A stretch of DNA of 60,119 nt, filler included, from Sluysia triapertura (GCA_046118255.1; 5 parts of 5 records of this genome joined end to end with filler, not necessarily neighbours in it); one strand, 5' to 3'. Shown: positions 12,594 through 25,020, counted from the whole stretch's first letter. Numbers and translations are program-made. The notes: generated by a model from the sequence alone, not told the origin.

Positions 12594-14383
12594 TGTTGAG
12601 TAATGCTAATGCTAAATTTAATTTATCATGTGAATCTCTTACAATCTTAGACTTACTCATTTAAGGGCTAAGTTGTAAGCAGTATTTTAGAAGAACTTAT
12701 ATGGAGGTATAAGTAGGTTTGTTAAATCAATTATATTTTTTGGGCAAAATTTGTTTATGCGATGCTAATTTTGGCTCTTTTAAGAAGTTATTAAATGATA
12801 ATAAAAAATGATCAAACTACAGTTAAGAACTTTTATTAGGTTTAATTTAAATACAAATGTTATTTTAAGTTATAGTTTTCAACCTTATTTCAAAAACGGT
12901 GAGCCTTAAATACAAATCTATTCTTTAACTATAAATTACCTCTATCTTACGTCCGATTAAAATCGGCGACCTTATTTTAGTAATAAAAAACTCGAAAAAT
13001 CTTTTAGAATGATATATTAACAAATTGACAAATTTATAATAATGTATTAATACACTTTATAAAGAATATGATAATATCAATAATAATGATTTTAATTAGG
13101 TTATTGTATAATCTGTAATGTATAGGTTATTAAAAGTTTCTTCACCTCTTAAAAATGGGGATAAAAATAATAAAAGAATTAAATTGGGTATAAAATTTAC
13201 AATTAATTAAAAGTGATTTTAAAAACTTATAGAATTCAAACTAACGGTTAACTGAATGAAATTTGTTAGAGAAAATTATAGTCCGTAGATAGATTGAGTT
13301 TCCGAGAAAATCGAATATGTAATTTGGATATTGAATTTTGAAAAAACACGTTTGGTAAAGCTGTGACAATATTTTTATAACAATTCCTGTTGTTGAAAGT
13401 TTATAAAGAACATGTAAAGAACGTGTAAACATTCTATTTGTATGAGAATGTTTATACATATTTTTAATTTGTCCTCGACCGAGAATTTAATTTATTAAAA
13501 TAAAGAATTTTGGAAATCATAATTTAATTTTTAAAGAATTTTTGGAAATAATATTGATAATGATTTAATAAATAATAATAATAATAAAAACAATAATAAT
13601 AATACCATTTAGAATACTAAAAAAATCAATATTTTTTAACTTATTATTTTGTTTTTAGACTTAAGTAACTGTTTGTAAACTATTTTTAGACAATACTAAA
13701 AAATCAACTACACATATTAAATATTGTACGAAAAATCTATTTTTAACCACACTTGCACTTTTAACTACACACATTGACACGTATATGTGTATTTTCATAA
13801 ATTTTTATTTACCTATAGTCTAAATTAAAAATATTTTGTATATCGACAAAAAAACAATATTATTTTATGTAATATTATTTTATGTACATTTTTTATTATG
13901 TAAATTCTATTTTTAGAATTATTAATTTATTTTATAATTTATTAATTTATAAATTTATATATAACGAATTATGTAAAAAGAATATTTTTAATAAATAATT
14001 TGTAAAATTAAATTTAATGGATAAAAACTTTTGTTTAAATTTTGTCACAAATAAACTTGAAATTAAGTATAAATATATAATACTTCACATAATATTTCAC
14101 AACAACAAACAACATAAAATTCACGATGGTCAATCAACATATTCTTAACAAAATCATACACAAAAATCAGGACGTTATACAAATTCTAATAGTTTAGAGA
14201 ATAACGGCATCAATTCAGAATTGACCACATTCATATAAAAAGAATAACCGTTAGTCAGTTGTTGTTGACGTAAAATCTTACTCAAAATCTTTTTATTCAA
14301 TTTGTTTTTTTCGACTGTTTAAAGGGTTGAAGCAAAGTTAATTTCAAAAATTAATTATCACTAGTATTTAATTTTTTGTAACA
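12594..14383 (+). repeat. Long dispersed element, family H, copy 1 (TGTT...AACA, hairpin blocks, decayed ORF)
   Basis: Shares ordered blocks with 30106-31793 and 37883-39939: CTTAGACTTA..TAAGGGCTAAG..GGAGGT, CCG-N8-CGG, CACC..AAA..GGGGA, AAACTAACG, CCTYGACC. Ends approximate. Confidence 0.7.
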
Positions 14384-15788
14384 TTTATAAATTTATTATA
14401 CAACGTTTTTGTAGATTGCTTTAATTTTTATCCTAATACAAATTATTCAAATTGTGTTTTCATAATTAAATTATTTTCGTAGCATTAAACTTACATAGTT
14501 ATAAATTGACGCAAAAATCCTTTGTGTTTTGATAGTTTAACATTAAATTTCATTTTCGAAGATTCTTTTTAATTGGGATCCGAAATGCATAATTCTAACC
14601 TGTCATTGCAATAAGACAGAAACCTATAGCTCTAGTAACATTGTAGCTATAGTTCTTTAACTAGTCTGTTGACACTTTGAGATATAAAAAACCTCCAAAT
14701 AATTATTTTATACGTCACTTACGTATTGGCCTTTAAGTGAATAAGTCTAATATCCTAAGGAATTCACGTAGATTAAAATCTAAATAAATAATCATATCAA
14801 TACAATACTGAAAAAATATAATTTCACTCTCACAATTCTTCTTGAAAAATTTCCACAGAACCAGGATATCAGAGAAAGAAGATAAATGAAATCCATTGAT
14901 CTGTCGACATTAATCGTTACCGGCCTACTGACTATATTATAACTGATCGAGAACTGAAATTCTCATTTTTATTTATTATATTTGACCTAAGTTGGTGAGT
15001 CTAGTTATTATTTTTTTATTGACTGAATAGAAAATAAATTTTAAAAAAAATTTGTTCTACATCTTTTAAATTAATAATTTTTTGTTTAACTTTATTTATT
15101 TAATATGAAAAAAACTGACAATAGAGCTCAACAAAGGAGATAGACTTAATATTTTGAATAAAACACATTAAATATATAAAATGAACTCTTTTGAGTAATA
15201 CTGATATTTTAGTAGTAAAAATTAATTCGAATTTAAAATATTAAGTAACATGCTTAGCACTTACATTTCAGGTCAACGAAACGAGTATCTGAATTCACAA
15301 CTCCAGATAGAATAGATATAATAGACATTTATAAAATAAGATAATAAAGAAATTTCCTATTAGTAAAAGAGTGTACCTCCAGAGAAATCTTTAAGAGAAA
15401 ATATCACTAGAGAACTTAAATTATTACTAAAGGATTAAGAGTTCAATATAAACAAATATAAATTGCAAGATATCAGTTAAACATATTTAAATTTCACGTC
15501 AGTTCGGAATATTAATTGAAAAATAAATAAACATAGCACGTAAATTTTGAAGATTCAATCGTCAATAGAGAAGTTTCACCAAATTTTTAGCAGAAGCATT
15601 TTATTTTAAATTTTATTCTACATTATTATTAAGTGATGATAACCGTTCGTTTTATTTTAGTCTTGACAGTGTTGTTGATTGTCTATATTTTTAATCATCA
15701 TCATTAATTGTGTAATCCGACAATAAAAACAAATCTAACATTAGTGTATCCCTGTATTCGATTTTAATCCACCACAACATGTAAGTGT

Positions 15789-16560
15789 CATGGTTATGGT
15801 GGCCAACACTCACAACCACTAGAAATTTATTTAAATTTCACAACAAATTAAATCACAATCATATTCAACATTATCAACTTACATTAACTATTTCACAAAA
15901 ATCATAACTTGTCATTCACATTAACCCAACAATAAACTCATTTGAAATAATACATCTAATACTCCCAAACCCTTCATCTTACACTACATTTGGCAATTAA
16001 TATCTAACATTCGATAACATTCATTTAATAGTTTATTCTCTTAAATCGAACCACAATCACAAACTTACAATATATAAAACACAAATACATTTAATACCAT
16101 TCCACAACACTAATATACCTATTAGAACGCATAACATACGTTGAATCAATTACAACATTCAAAACTCACTATTCATTTACATATAATCATCATCAACATG
16201 GAACAACAACACCTTAAATATACAAAGAGTTGTATTGCAATTGTCCCCTTCAAATTCAACAAATTACAATCTTCTCAATAAACCTTTATCCATTATAATT
16301 CAATACATAAAACTTCTTGTCAAACATAAAAACTTCAATCAACATCAAAGAATTTATTCTAACACTCCTCAATTCACTTCAAGACTCATATCAAATATTA
16401 TACCTTCAAAGATTAAGCATACTTAACAATTCTTTCAAAACAACCTTTACTCAGAAATTTAGTTTCAAACACAATTAAGTTATTTCACTATGTTAAAATT
16501 CTACAACAAGTTACCAAAATCTAATACAGCTTCAAAGAATTCAATTTTTTTACAATGAAG
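15789..16560 (+). repeat. C/A-skewed dispersed repeat (possible old solo LTR)
   Basis: Starts CATGGTTATGGTGGCCAA, compared with CATGGTGTGGTGGTCAA at ~51348 and CATTGTAGTGGCCAA on minus at ~23593. G-poor body; right end uncertain. Confidence 0.45.
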
Positions 16561-16832
16561 TAGCAGCGATAACTCGAGCACCGTAAACCCCATTATCGTT
16601 GCTCTTTCATACAATATCAGTAACTCTTATTTCATTTTCTTATCTTTATGTCAGAAGAAATCAAGATTAAAAGAAAAGATCGTTTAATGTGTAATTTAAG
16701 AGAAATTTATGTGATTTTTTTTTAATTCCTGATAATAATAACAATATTGTTTTGTTGTTATTATTATTATCAATTATTGAATTATTTTAGTCAAATTTTT
16801 AATTTTTAATTAATATCAATAAGCTGGTTACT

Positions 16833-16895
16833 ACCATCACCAGTGTTGACACTATGTATCACAATTCTTATTAAAGTGCCAACACTGATGATGGT
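16833..16895 (-). ncRNA. Candidate pre-miRNA-like hairpin 1
   Basis: 21-bp stem (16833-53 / 16875-95) with a 21-nt loop. The two plus-strand C.A mismatches become G.U pairs on the minus strand. Confidence 0.45.
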
Positions 16896-16944
16896 TAATC
16901 ATCAGATCAATAATTTTCTGCCAAAATAGCAGTCAGATTACACA

Positions 16945-17001
16945 TCATCCAATCAGGACTTATTATTCTCAGCTGTCATTATTAAAGGCCTGATTGGATG
17001 A
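16945..17001 (-). ncRNA. Candidate pre-miRNA-like hairpin 2
   Basis: TCATCCAATCAGG / CCTGATTGGATGA perfect 13-bp stem plus further pairing; ~57 nt long, 50 nt from hairpin 1. Strand inferred from hairpin 1. Confidence 0.4.
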
Positions 17002-17348
17002 CCAATAATAACACTTTTTACACCAAACTATCTAAAAAATAAAAAAGAAAAATTGTTAAAAATTAAAAAAGAGAGATATACTTTCTACGGCATGACGAAT
17101 AATTTGAATAACGTTTTCCAGTTTTCAATTAAAAATCAATAATTAACTGTGCTAATGTAGCTACTCTCTACAAATATTCAAAAGTATTGCAAGTAGAATC
17201 CAACTATCGTAAAGCTCAAATGAAACCAAAATTGTCATTTAAAATCATCGAAACCAGAATATTATTCACAAGACTTTAAAAAGATCAAAAATACGACTAT
17301 CAAAGATGATGTGGAACAAATAAAAGTATTGTCAAAAATACACTGCTA

Positions 17349-17624
17349 ATGATGGATGACCATTTCGTTCAAGATGATGTTTTTTCCAATGATGACTACG
17401 ATTATTTAATTCAATCTTTAGCATTTGTTGATAGTATTGTTGGTAAAACAAGTTTATTTTATCAGTATTCAAATTGTACTTTCACTCCTCGATTTACATC
17501 TATAGTTGGAGTTGATTTTCGGCGAAAACGTATAGTTCGAGAATATATTAATAATTCAGATGGTTTATTAGGTCAACGTCAAAAGTTACATTTACAATTA
17601 TGCGATACTGCCAGACAAGAAAGA
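17349..17624 (+). pseudogene. RAB27: Rab27-like small GTPase N-terminal fragment with degenerate motifs
   Basis: DDYDYLIQSLAFVDSIVGKTSLFYQY...VGVDFRRKRIV...GQRQKLHLQLCDTARQER aligns to Rab27 (DYDYLIKFLALGDSGVGKT..LYQY..RIHLQLWDTAGQER). G1 and G3 are mutated and similarity stops at QER. Confidence 0.8.
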
Positions 17625-17639
17625 TCAATTAGATATGCT

Positions 17640-18686
17640 CTTACGGTTAGATCAGACGAAGTTTCATCTTATGGTAACATAATCAACATCGTAACAATAA
17701 AAATGAAAATTATCAATTACCGAGTTATGCACATAGCAATTCAATTATCCAAAGGTTATTTAGTTCATAGTCAATCCAAAGTAAAACATCATTTACAAAA
17801 ACTTCATTTATTTCTATGGCAAATGATTTTTCTAACTCCACAAGCTATATTTCAAGTTATGTTATTAGTATCATATGCGGATTCCACTGATCCCGTATAC
17901 GAAGATCTTCGTTCAATACTATTTAGAGTCAAAGAGTGCGAAATAATCGTTAATGCTCATTCAGTACAAAATATATGTAATTATAGTGATGACATCTATT
18001 TATCGGAATCTGTCGATGTTATTTTTCTCAATGACAACTTCCTCGTTAGAACTGTTACAATTTCATTATTCCAACATATTGCATTTTGTGCTTTATTAGT
18101 ACGTAATTTGTTTTTCTGGAAGTTGATGATGTTTACAAAGTCTTATATTCGTTTTCTATAAGTAATTTAATATTATTCTTCCTTTCTACCACCTCGACGT
18201 GCCTAAAGACATTCTCATCCATCTGTTTAGCTTCATTATTTATGCTATCATAGACATTATCTCTGCTGATACTTATGTATTGTCTCCATGCTTCAACAAA
18301 TCATTTATATTCATAATATTTCAATCGCCATATTATTTGGTAAGCGAGCTAAGAGCACAAATTTCTCTAAATTAACTATTTTTTCCACTCCGTTTCTCAC
18401 TTCAGATATATATAATCATCAAGTTTTCATCCAAAGATAGATCACGGGCTTTAAAGACCTTTTCTAAATCTATCTGATAATCTGCTGATATTTCAATATA
18501 AAAGTTCAATGTTGAGACATGCAATAGAAATGGCATAAATTTTATTGCTTTTTCAATTTGTTGCAAAAATTGTCGTTTCCATGGTTCCAAATCTTCGCAG
18601 ACATTTATTTGAACTCCATACGACATAAAATAAAAAATCGAATTCAGAATTCTTATAAACGCAACTGGAAATAAATTCAAAATCAA
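17640..18686 (-). pseudogene. Decayed coding-like sequence of unknown identity
   Basis: Long near-open frames broken by stops (..FYIEISADYQIDLEKVFK.., FVEAWRQYISISRDNVYD..) and a possible ~34-nt GT-AG intron at ~18367-18400. Confidence 0.3.
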
Positions 18687-18860
18687 GAATTTAGTAAAGT
18701 TGAAAATCTAATTATTGATAAATAATCATTGTAAAATAAATAGTTTCAATTTTGATATAATTGAAAAATATCTTTTTAAATTATATTGATTAAAATCAAA
18801 ATAAAGTAATTTGATATTTTTTAATTACTAAAATAATTTCTTTTTGTTTAAATAAATCAA

Positions 18861-19094
18861 TTACAAATCCATTATTTCGAGTTCCCTTTCAAAATTATCC
18901 ACCAATAAACTAATTTCTATTATTCTATCTCGGTTTCTTTGAATCACTTCTTTATCGTACAAATTTTGTGTTAAAGTTTTTAACCAATTTTGAATATTTT
19001 CCGAAATATCATCATATTTTTTATCGATTTTTCCAACATGAACACTTTGTGATGTACCAATAGCATTTTCCATTGATTCTTTATCGATTAATCT
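18861..19094 (-). CDS. DRC3: Dynein regulatory complex subunit 3 (LRRC48), terminal exon
   Basis: RLIDKESMENAIGTSQSVHVGKIDKKYD...RNRDRIIEI..ELEIMDL* matches the DRC3 C-terminus (DKDTIVNAVGASHDIHLLKIDNRED...RNRKRVKEI). Acceptor ttttAG, phase 0. Confidence 0.85.
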   Translation of the reverse strand, partial: RLIDKESMENAIGTSQSVHVGKIDKKYDDISENIQNWLKTLTQNLYDKEVIQRNRDRIIEISLLVDNFERELEIMDL

Positions 19095-21556
19095 CTAAAA
19101 AATAAAATTATCAAATCAAAAAAAAAGAATAAGCGAACTTAATAAAATAAAATAACAGATTTGCTAATAACTTGTAACCTCATTAAAAATATTGATGTTT
19201 AATAATACATATCAAACTTGATTTATATTGAAAATGTAAAAATTAAATGAAAATTAATTAAGAAACTATTTTTTAAGTAAAATGAACTCTTTCTTAAATA
19301 TTTTTTTGACTTTTTCATTAAGTAAACTTCAAAAGTATAATTAAGATAATCAAAATGCTAAAAGATTTCTGTACATTTTCGGTATAGAAAATAGAATGCA
19401 AAAATATCTGTGGTGACTCTTTCAAACTTACAATTTTATCATCAGTATAAAAATAGACAAAATCACTAAACTTAAATCATTTGAAATGTCAACGTATCAC
19501 AAACACTGTACATATTACATTTCTGTCTATACATTTAATATCATTTTACGCTTCAGACAACATACACCAAATCTCTACCAATCACAGTCTTAGAACATTT
19601 AAAAACTCAATCAATTTAATTAAACATATTTAAAAGTCAACATTTATCTGTCAATCTAGACACAACGTATTCCAAATTATCATTCAAAATATAAACATTC
19701 ATTTTATTCATTCATATATATATATATTTTCATTGCAGAAAAATGTTAATTTTCGTTATGCAGCAATCTCACAACATCTTCCGCAGCTTTTGTATGTTTA
19801 AAATTACGATTATTAAGATAAAATAATTCTTATTCCTTCATTTCGTGACATTTCTACATCAAACGGAACTTTCCTCATCGTCCATAAGGAATAATAAAAT
19901 CTAATATTAAGATAATAATATATTTTAGCCAAAAATTTCTTATAAAAATTGCCATTATAATCATCACTGTTGTCACCAATATCACAACTCAATTAATATA
20001 GCTAATATAAAGTTACTTTAATGATATGCGAATTGGCTACAATAGCTGCTGATTCAGATTCCATTTACAAGAACTTTTACAATTTTGTCGAAATTAATTT
20101 ATGCAATGATTAATTGAAAAAATTCTTTCATCAACTAACAGCCAATAATATTTAGTTAAATTTTGAAACAAAAAAGTTACTGAAGTCGATCAAAGACAGA
20201 AATTAAAGAATTTAAATTTATTTAAGGAAGTTCAAGAAACTATTCTACATCAGAAAGTAGCATTACCAAAACATATTATTATGATACAAATGAGTACGTT
20301 GTTCAAGTACAAATTATCAAATTTAATTCTGAAGATCAAGAATAAACAAATTTGTTATGCATTGTGAAACCAATATTGTTATTTACTGATGAAGACTTTA
20401 ATGTCAGAGTCAAACCTAAATGTTAGATGTTAATGTACGATTTAGAAAGTGTAAAGAGCCATGTTCCACATTATAATTAAAATAGTCAAAATACAGACAA
20501 CGACAAGTGATGCTTTTATTTCAGTATGTTATAATATTACTTAACAAGACAAAGCAATTTTAATTTTAAAGCACTTAGTATATGTAAAATTCCATAAGAA
20601 CTCCGTTTTTACAAATCTTGTTCATCCAGACTTAATTTACAATTTTTCCCTTAATTAAACACTTATTCAGTATCGTGTTTCTTATTGGTAAAATATCTTT
20701 ATCAACAAACTAACTCTAACTTATGGAAAACTTGTTAAAAATTTATTCGGACAATTTAGTAGACATTTTTATTTTTATCCTTTTTATTCTATAAATATGC
20801 TACACTTTATTTATGTAACAAGAATATTTTGTGCCGTTATTGTTTTATTCAATAATAAAATCACGCACTTATGTATTTTTCTTAATGAAACCAAATGATG
20901 AATTAAAATTTTGAATATGAATTGAAATAAATTCTTTCCCTTTGATACTAATCGGTTGAAATAAACCTTAGTCATGCTTGTAAACTACTCATTCTTAGAA
21001 TATATTTACACATAAGTTAGAGTAAGGACTAACAGCTATTATTAAACTTTAAGAAGTCTCGTATCACTGAAATTTGATTATTTTACTACAAAGAAATTAC
21101 AGTTTTCAATTAATCATAAGTGAAAATCGTTAACATCAAGCTATCTATGATTATTTTAACTTATACAAAAGGTACGTCGACGAGTAAAAGTTCAAATCCA
21201 ACAACTATAAAGTTCATATTATGATTTCTAACTGCGATAATCTTCTTATTAGTTTTTCAAATTACGTAAATGAAATTGTTCTACATTCCAGAAAATTAAA
21301 TAGGTATAATTTCAATTAATCACTTGTCGTATGTTGATCTGTAATGTCGACCATACTTTTTGAACATTTAATTTCGTCTTATAATTTCTTTCCTAACCAT
21401 TCTAGATTTTATTATAATCCTATCAGAAAACAATGAATCAATATCGAAGTTATACAGTTAGGTTAAGTTGTAAACATAATTATATGAATAGTCAGAAAAG
21501 TGAGTCTGACATGCATAAATTTAAAAATAATGCTAATAATGTATAAACTTAATGTA

Positions 21557-21713
21557 TGTTGGGGTAAAAAGGTCTAAAGTTCCATTTGGTAAAATTGACT
21601 ATAATAAAACAAAATCGTTAGACGGGGCTGATAGCTCAGTGGTAGAACATCGGACTGCGCAGCTAGAGGTCCCGGATTCGATCCCCGGTCAGTCCATTTT
21701 ATGAAGTCTAACG
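21557..21713 (+). mobile_element. ~157-bp LTR-like element carrying a tRNA-like gene, copy 1
   Basis: TGTTGGG...GTCTAACG with flanks TGTA/TGTG; collinear with 45461-45603 over its whole length. Confidence 0.75.
21625..21696 (+). tRNA. tRNA-like Pol III unit (Cys/Ala-like body, GCG in anticodon position; probably not a functional tRNA)
   Basis: Paired acceptor stem GGGCTGA/TCAGTCC, A-box TAGCTCAGTGG, B-box-like GATTCGATCC, TTTT terminator. The anticodon stem is poorly paired. Confidence 0.7.
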
Positions 21714-21938
21714 TGTGGACTTCCTGACCACTTGCTAGAAGATAAAATTTGCTCGACCTATTTGAATTGTAAAAGTAGGAAATTATTCTAAATATTGTGA
21801 AATTGGATTTACTACATGATATACGGTGATCAACCATTAAAATACATTATCGAATAGTTAATATCATGAATTAAAATTTGAGAATAATAAAATTCGGGTA
21901 ATAAATAGATCATTTACCTTTATTTAAATTTTTTAAAA

Positions 21939-21939
<1 letters not shown>

Positions 21940-21996
<57 letters not shown>
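21940..21996. repeat. (ATT)n microsatellite
   Basis: Direct reading; similar tracts at ~679-728, 35044-35096, 44469-44523 and 47995-48069. Confidence 0.95.
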
Positions 21997-21998
<2 letters not shown>

Positions 21999-22190
21999 TT
22001 TTTCATCATCATCAATCATCATCATAATTCTACTATTCTATTGAGATCATTTCAAATTATTAAGGTAACAATCACAATACCAATACATGATTGAAATACA
22101 AATACAGATATTGATAATTCAAAAAGCTTATCTAAAGAATAAATGTTTATAAATTTTTTATTGATAATAAATAAAAAATCGAATATTAAC

Positions 22191-22319
22191 CGTTCTCAGC
22201 TCTTCGGAAATGTCATCTACAGGATCGCCTTTGTTGATTTTTTCTTGCATTGCAGATGCTTCTTGTAATACTTTTTCTTTGTAAATATTAATATATTCAC
22301 GTATTTTACTAATGCTATC
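22191..22319 (-). CDS. DRC3: DRC3 internal exon
   Basis: DSISKIREY...KEKVLQEA...GDPVDDISEELRT, 43 codons, AG/GTTAAT, phase 0-0. Aligns to SLMAQCRDLE..HEKLLE..GDLDEDLPNDLRA. Confidence 0.8.
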
Positions 22320-22758
22320 CTATTGAAAAATTATTGTTATAAAAACAAATTATTTATTAATAATAAAATTAAAAAACCAAAAGTAAAACCATTATAAAAA
22401 ATGTACAAATTTAAGGCAGCCTAATAAAAGTTAAAATTTAATGAAATTTAAAAAAATTTGATTTATTAGATCATAAAAAGTACCTAAATTATTTGATAAA
22501 AATAAACAAATATTTTCTACTTATAAACAAATAATAAGTAACAGTAACAAATGAGAAACAGTTTTCATAAATGCATGTTTTTATAAAATCTTCAATGATT
22601 TTAATTAATTTAATTAACAAATGTACTTTTATTGTTTTAAATATTAAAACTTTGGTTGATTTAAACATCTTATTTAACTATCGTATAATCAAACGGAATT
22701 GTTTATTGTTTATTTATTGTTTATTTATTTATTTATAAGTTAAATTAATATTACTAAC

Positions 22759-22950
22759 ATTCATATTCTGTATAAAACTTTGAACATTTTCTTTTACATT
22801 TCGTTCAAATTCTTCAATTGCTTCTTCAATTTGATCCATCATTTGTATTTCTAAAGCCATTAATTGATTTTTCAATTCAGAACAACGAAGTTTGTATTTC
22901 TGTCGAATATATTCTTCATCTTCAGTTTCTTTGGAAGGTTCCATAAAAAT
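22759..22950 (-). CDS. DRC3: DRC3 internal exon (upstream LRR exons not found in this block)
   Basis: ..ELKNQLMALEIQMMDQIEEAIEEFERNVKENVQSFIQNMN matches LMTLEMQLVEQLEETINMFERN..FIENV. AG/GTTAGT, 64 codons. Confidence 0.85.
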
Positions 22951-23398
22951 CTATTTACATTTATAATTTGAAATAGTAAAACGACTTTATAGAAATTTTA
23001 ATTATTAAAAGTCTCCAATCAATCCAAGTTACTCTAATATCAGTAAAACAAATATTTTAGATGTGCCTAATTCTATAAAATTAAATTTAACCGACCCGAG
23101 ACAATATTTCTAACAGATAATTAACAAACTAAGCAGTCTTGATATATTTCAGTTATCTCAATTTAAATTCTTAGTTTTAAATTAAATTAATGTTCCGCCA
23201 CAATTAATATTATTTAATATTTGCAATCCATTTTCAATAGTCAATACATCAACGATACGCTATTCAATAAAACAAATACTGAACTTAAAATTGTATCATG
23301 AAGGGTAATTTCGTGGCTCTTTTCGTAATATTTTGTGGCTTTATATATTTTTCTCGCTGATTTAGAACTCAATAATAATGAAATTGAAAAAGAAAAAT

Positions 23399-23498
23399 NN
23401 NNNNNNNNNNNNNNNNNNNNNNNNNNNNNNNNNNNNNNNNNNTTAATTAATTAANNNNNNNNNNNNNNNNNNNNNNNNNNNNNNNNNNNNNNNNNNNN
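23399..23498. other. Assembly spacer (44 N + TTAATTAATTAA + 44 N)
   Basis: Direct reading. Confidence 0.97.
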
Positions 23499-24565
23499 AT
23501 TGTTGGATGTAGTTTGGTGAAATGTTAAGGTTGTATCTTGTTGTTTTATGGAATTATTTTAAATCTTAACTTATGGAGTTGGCCACTACAATGAACTATA
23601 TAATTTTATATTTTTAAGTTAATAATTAATAATTAATTGTTATTAGACTTCGGACCGAAACTTATTGTAAATTTTAAATTTTCATTATTGTTTATATTAT
23701 TCATTAATTTTCATTATTGTTTATTCTAAAACATATTATTCATTAAATAATCATTTATATTAAAAGTGCAAAATCTAAAATTTAATGTCGGAGCAAGGTC
23801 CACCAATCATAACGATATATAAGGCAAGTAATAATCACAACAAATTATTAGTAAATTGTAGAACTTATTCATAACATTATAAAAAGAATTTACTACGTCG
23901 TCGAACTAATTATTTTGGATATTCAATCAGAACTTAATTCAATTGGAAACATTTCGTCTCAGGATTAAAATCATTGTAAAAGTCAAAGTAAGATGATAAT
24001 TTTCTAACTATTGCTTCAATAGATAGCAATAAACTACTACTCAAAATTTAGCACATTAAACCCAAGAATAACTCCTGGGTTAAAATACTTTCTAAAATTA
24101 CTATATGTATTGATCAAGAAGAGAAATCTTCGAATTTTTTAAATTGCATATATTATATTATTATTATTTGTTTTTTTATTATTTTTTTGGAGTAATTTTT
24201 ATAATCTTATATATTTTTAAAGCTTGTAAGTAATTAGAGAATCTTTGTGAAAAGTATAATACATTTTGATAAGTTAAGGGAAATATAAGTTTATTTAAAG
24301 TTTTAGAGGTTACATATTGAACGATAAATTAAAGGATTTTTGGGTACAGATACACATACGGTTATTGAAGAGTAAGGCATAATTACACATAAATAGAAAG
24401 CGAAAAAGAAAAACTAAAACAAGAGGATTATTTATATCTGTAGCTACAATGATTACAGACGAACCCGTTTAAATTTTATAATTGTTATAAAATATTTTAT
24501 GTAAAAAATATATAACAGAGTTAATATTATTTGCTTGCTAACATTAAACTTCTATCCTAGTACAT

Positions 24566-24770
24566 TGAGATGGATCAAACCCAATGGTAATTTCTCATTT
24601 GTCATTATTGACTTTTGATTCTGGGCGACCCCGTGATCATTCTTAATAACAAAGTTACCTGTACGAAATTTGACGAACCAATTTGATATCGTCTGCTGTG
24701 GAGTAACAGTATCAATACAGTATCAATGTTTCGCGCGGTCTGCGATGCCGCAATTCCACTCAAAATTAAT
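24566..24770 (-). mobile_element. mariner transposase N-terminal (HTH) remnant
   Basis: Frameshifted translation ASQTARNIDTV..TISNWFVKFRTGNF....GRPESKVNND...DPSQ. Confidence 0.8.
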
Positions 24771-25020
24771 TTTATAAAATCTTTTAATATTTTTTAGAGC
24801 TTACAATGATTTCTTTAAAATGGCATGATATGTAATTTTCCTAAAAACGAAAAAAATATTAAGCCAATGTCAAATTATAAGTTGTTAAAGTTGGCCATAT
24901 AATTAATTACACATTTCATTATTAACAACCTAATAATTTAGAGTTTTTTTTAAAAATATAGCTTTAATAGTATTGTATTAACAATTTTTGAACATGATAC
25001 CGAGAAACTCTAATTTAAAT

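Noticed and set aside
20386-20430. CTGATGA...AAAC hammerhead-like core (also 16886, 59405)
   Set aside because: No proper GAAA core, and stems I and III do not form.
21574-21837. 87-aa minus-strand ORF
   Set aside because: Antisense reading through the tRNA-like element.
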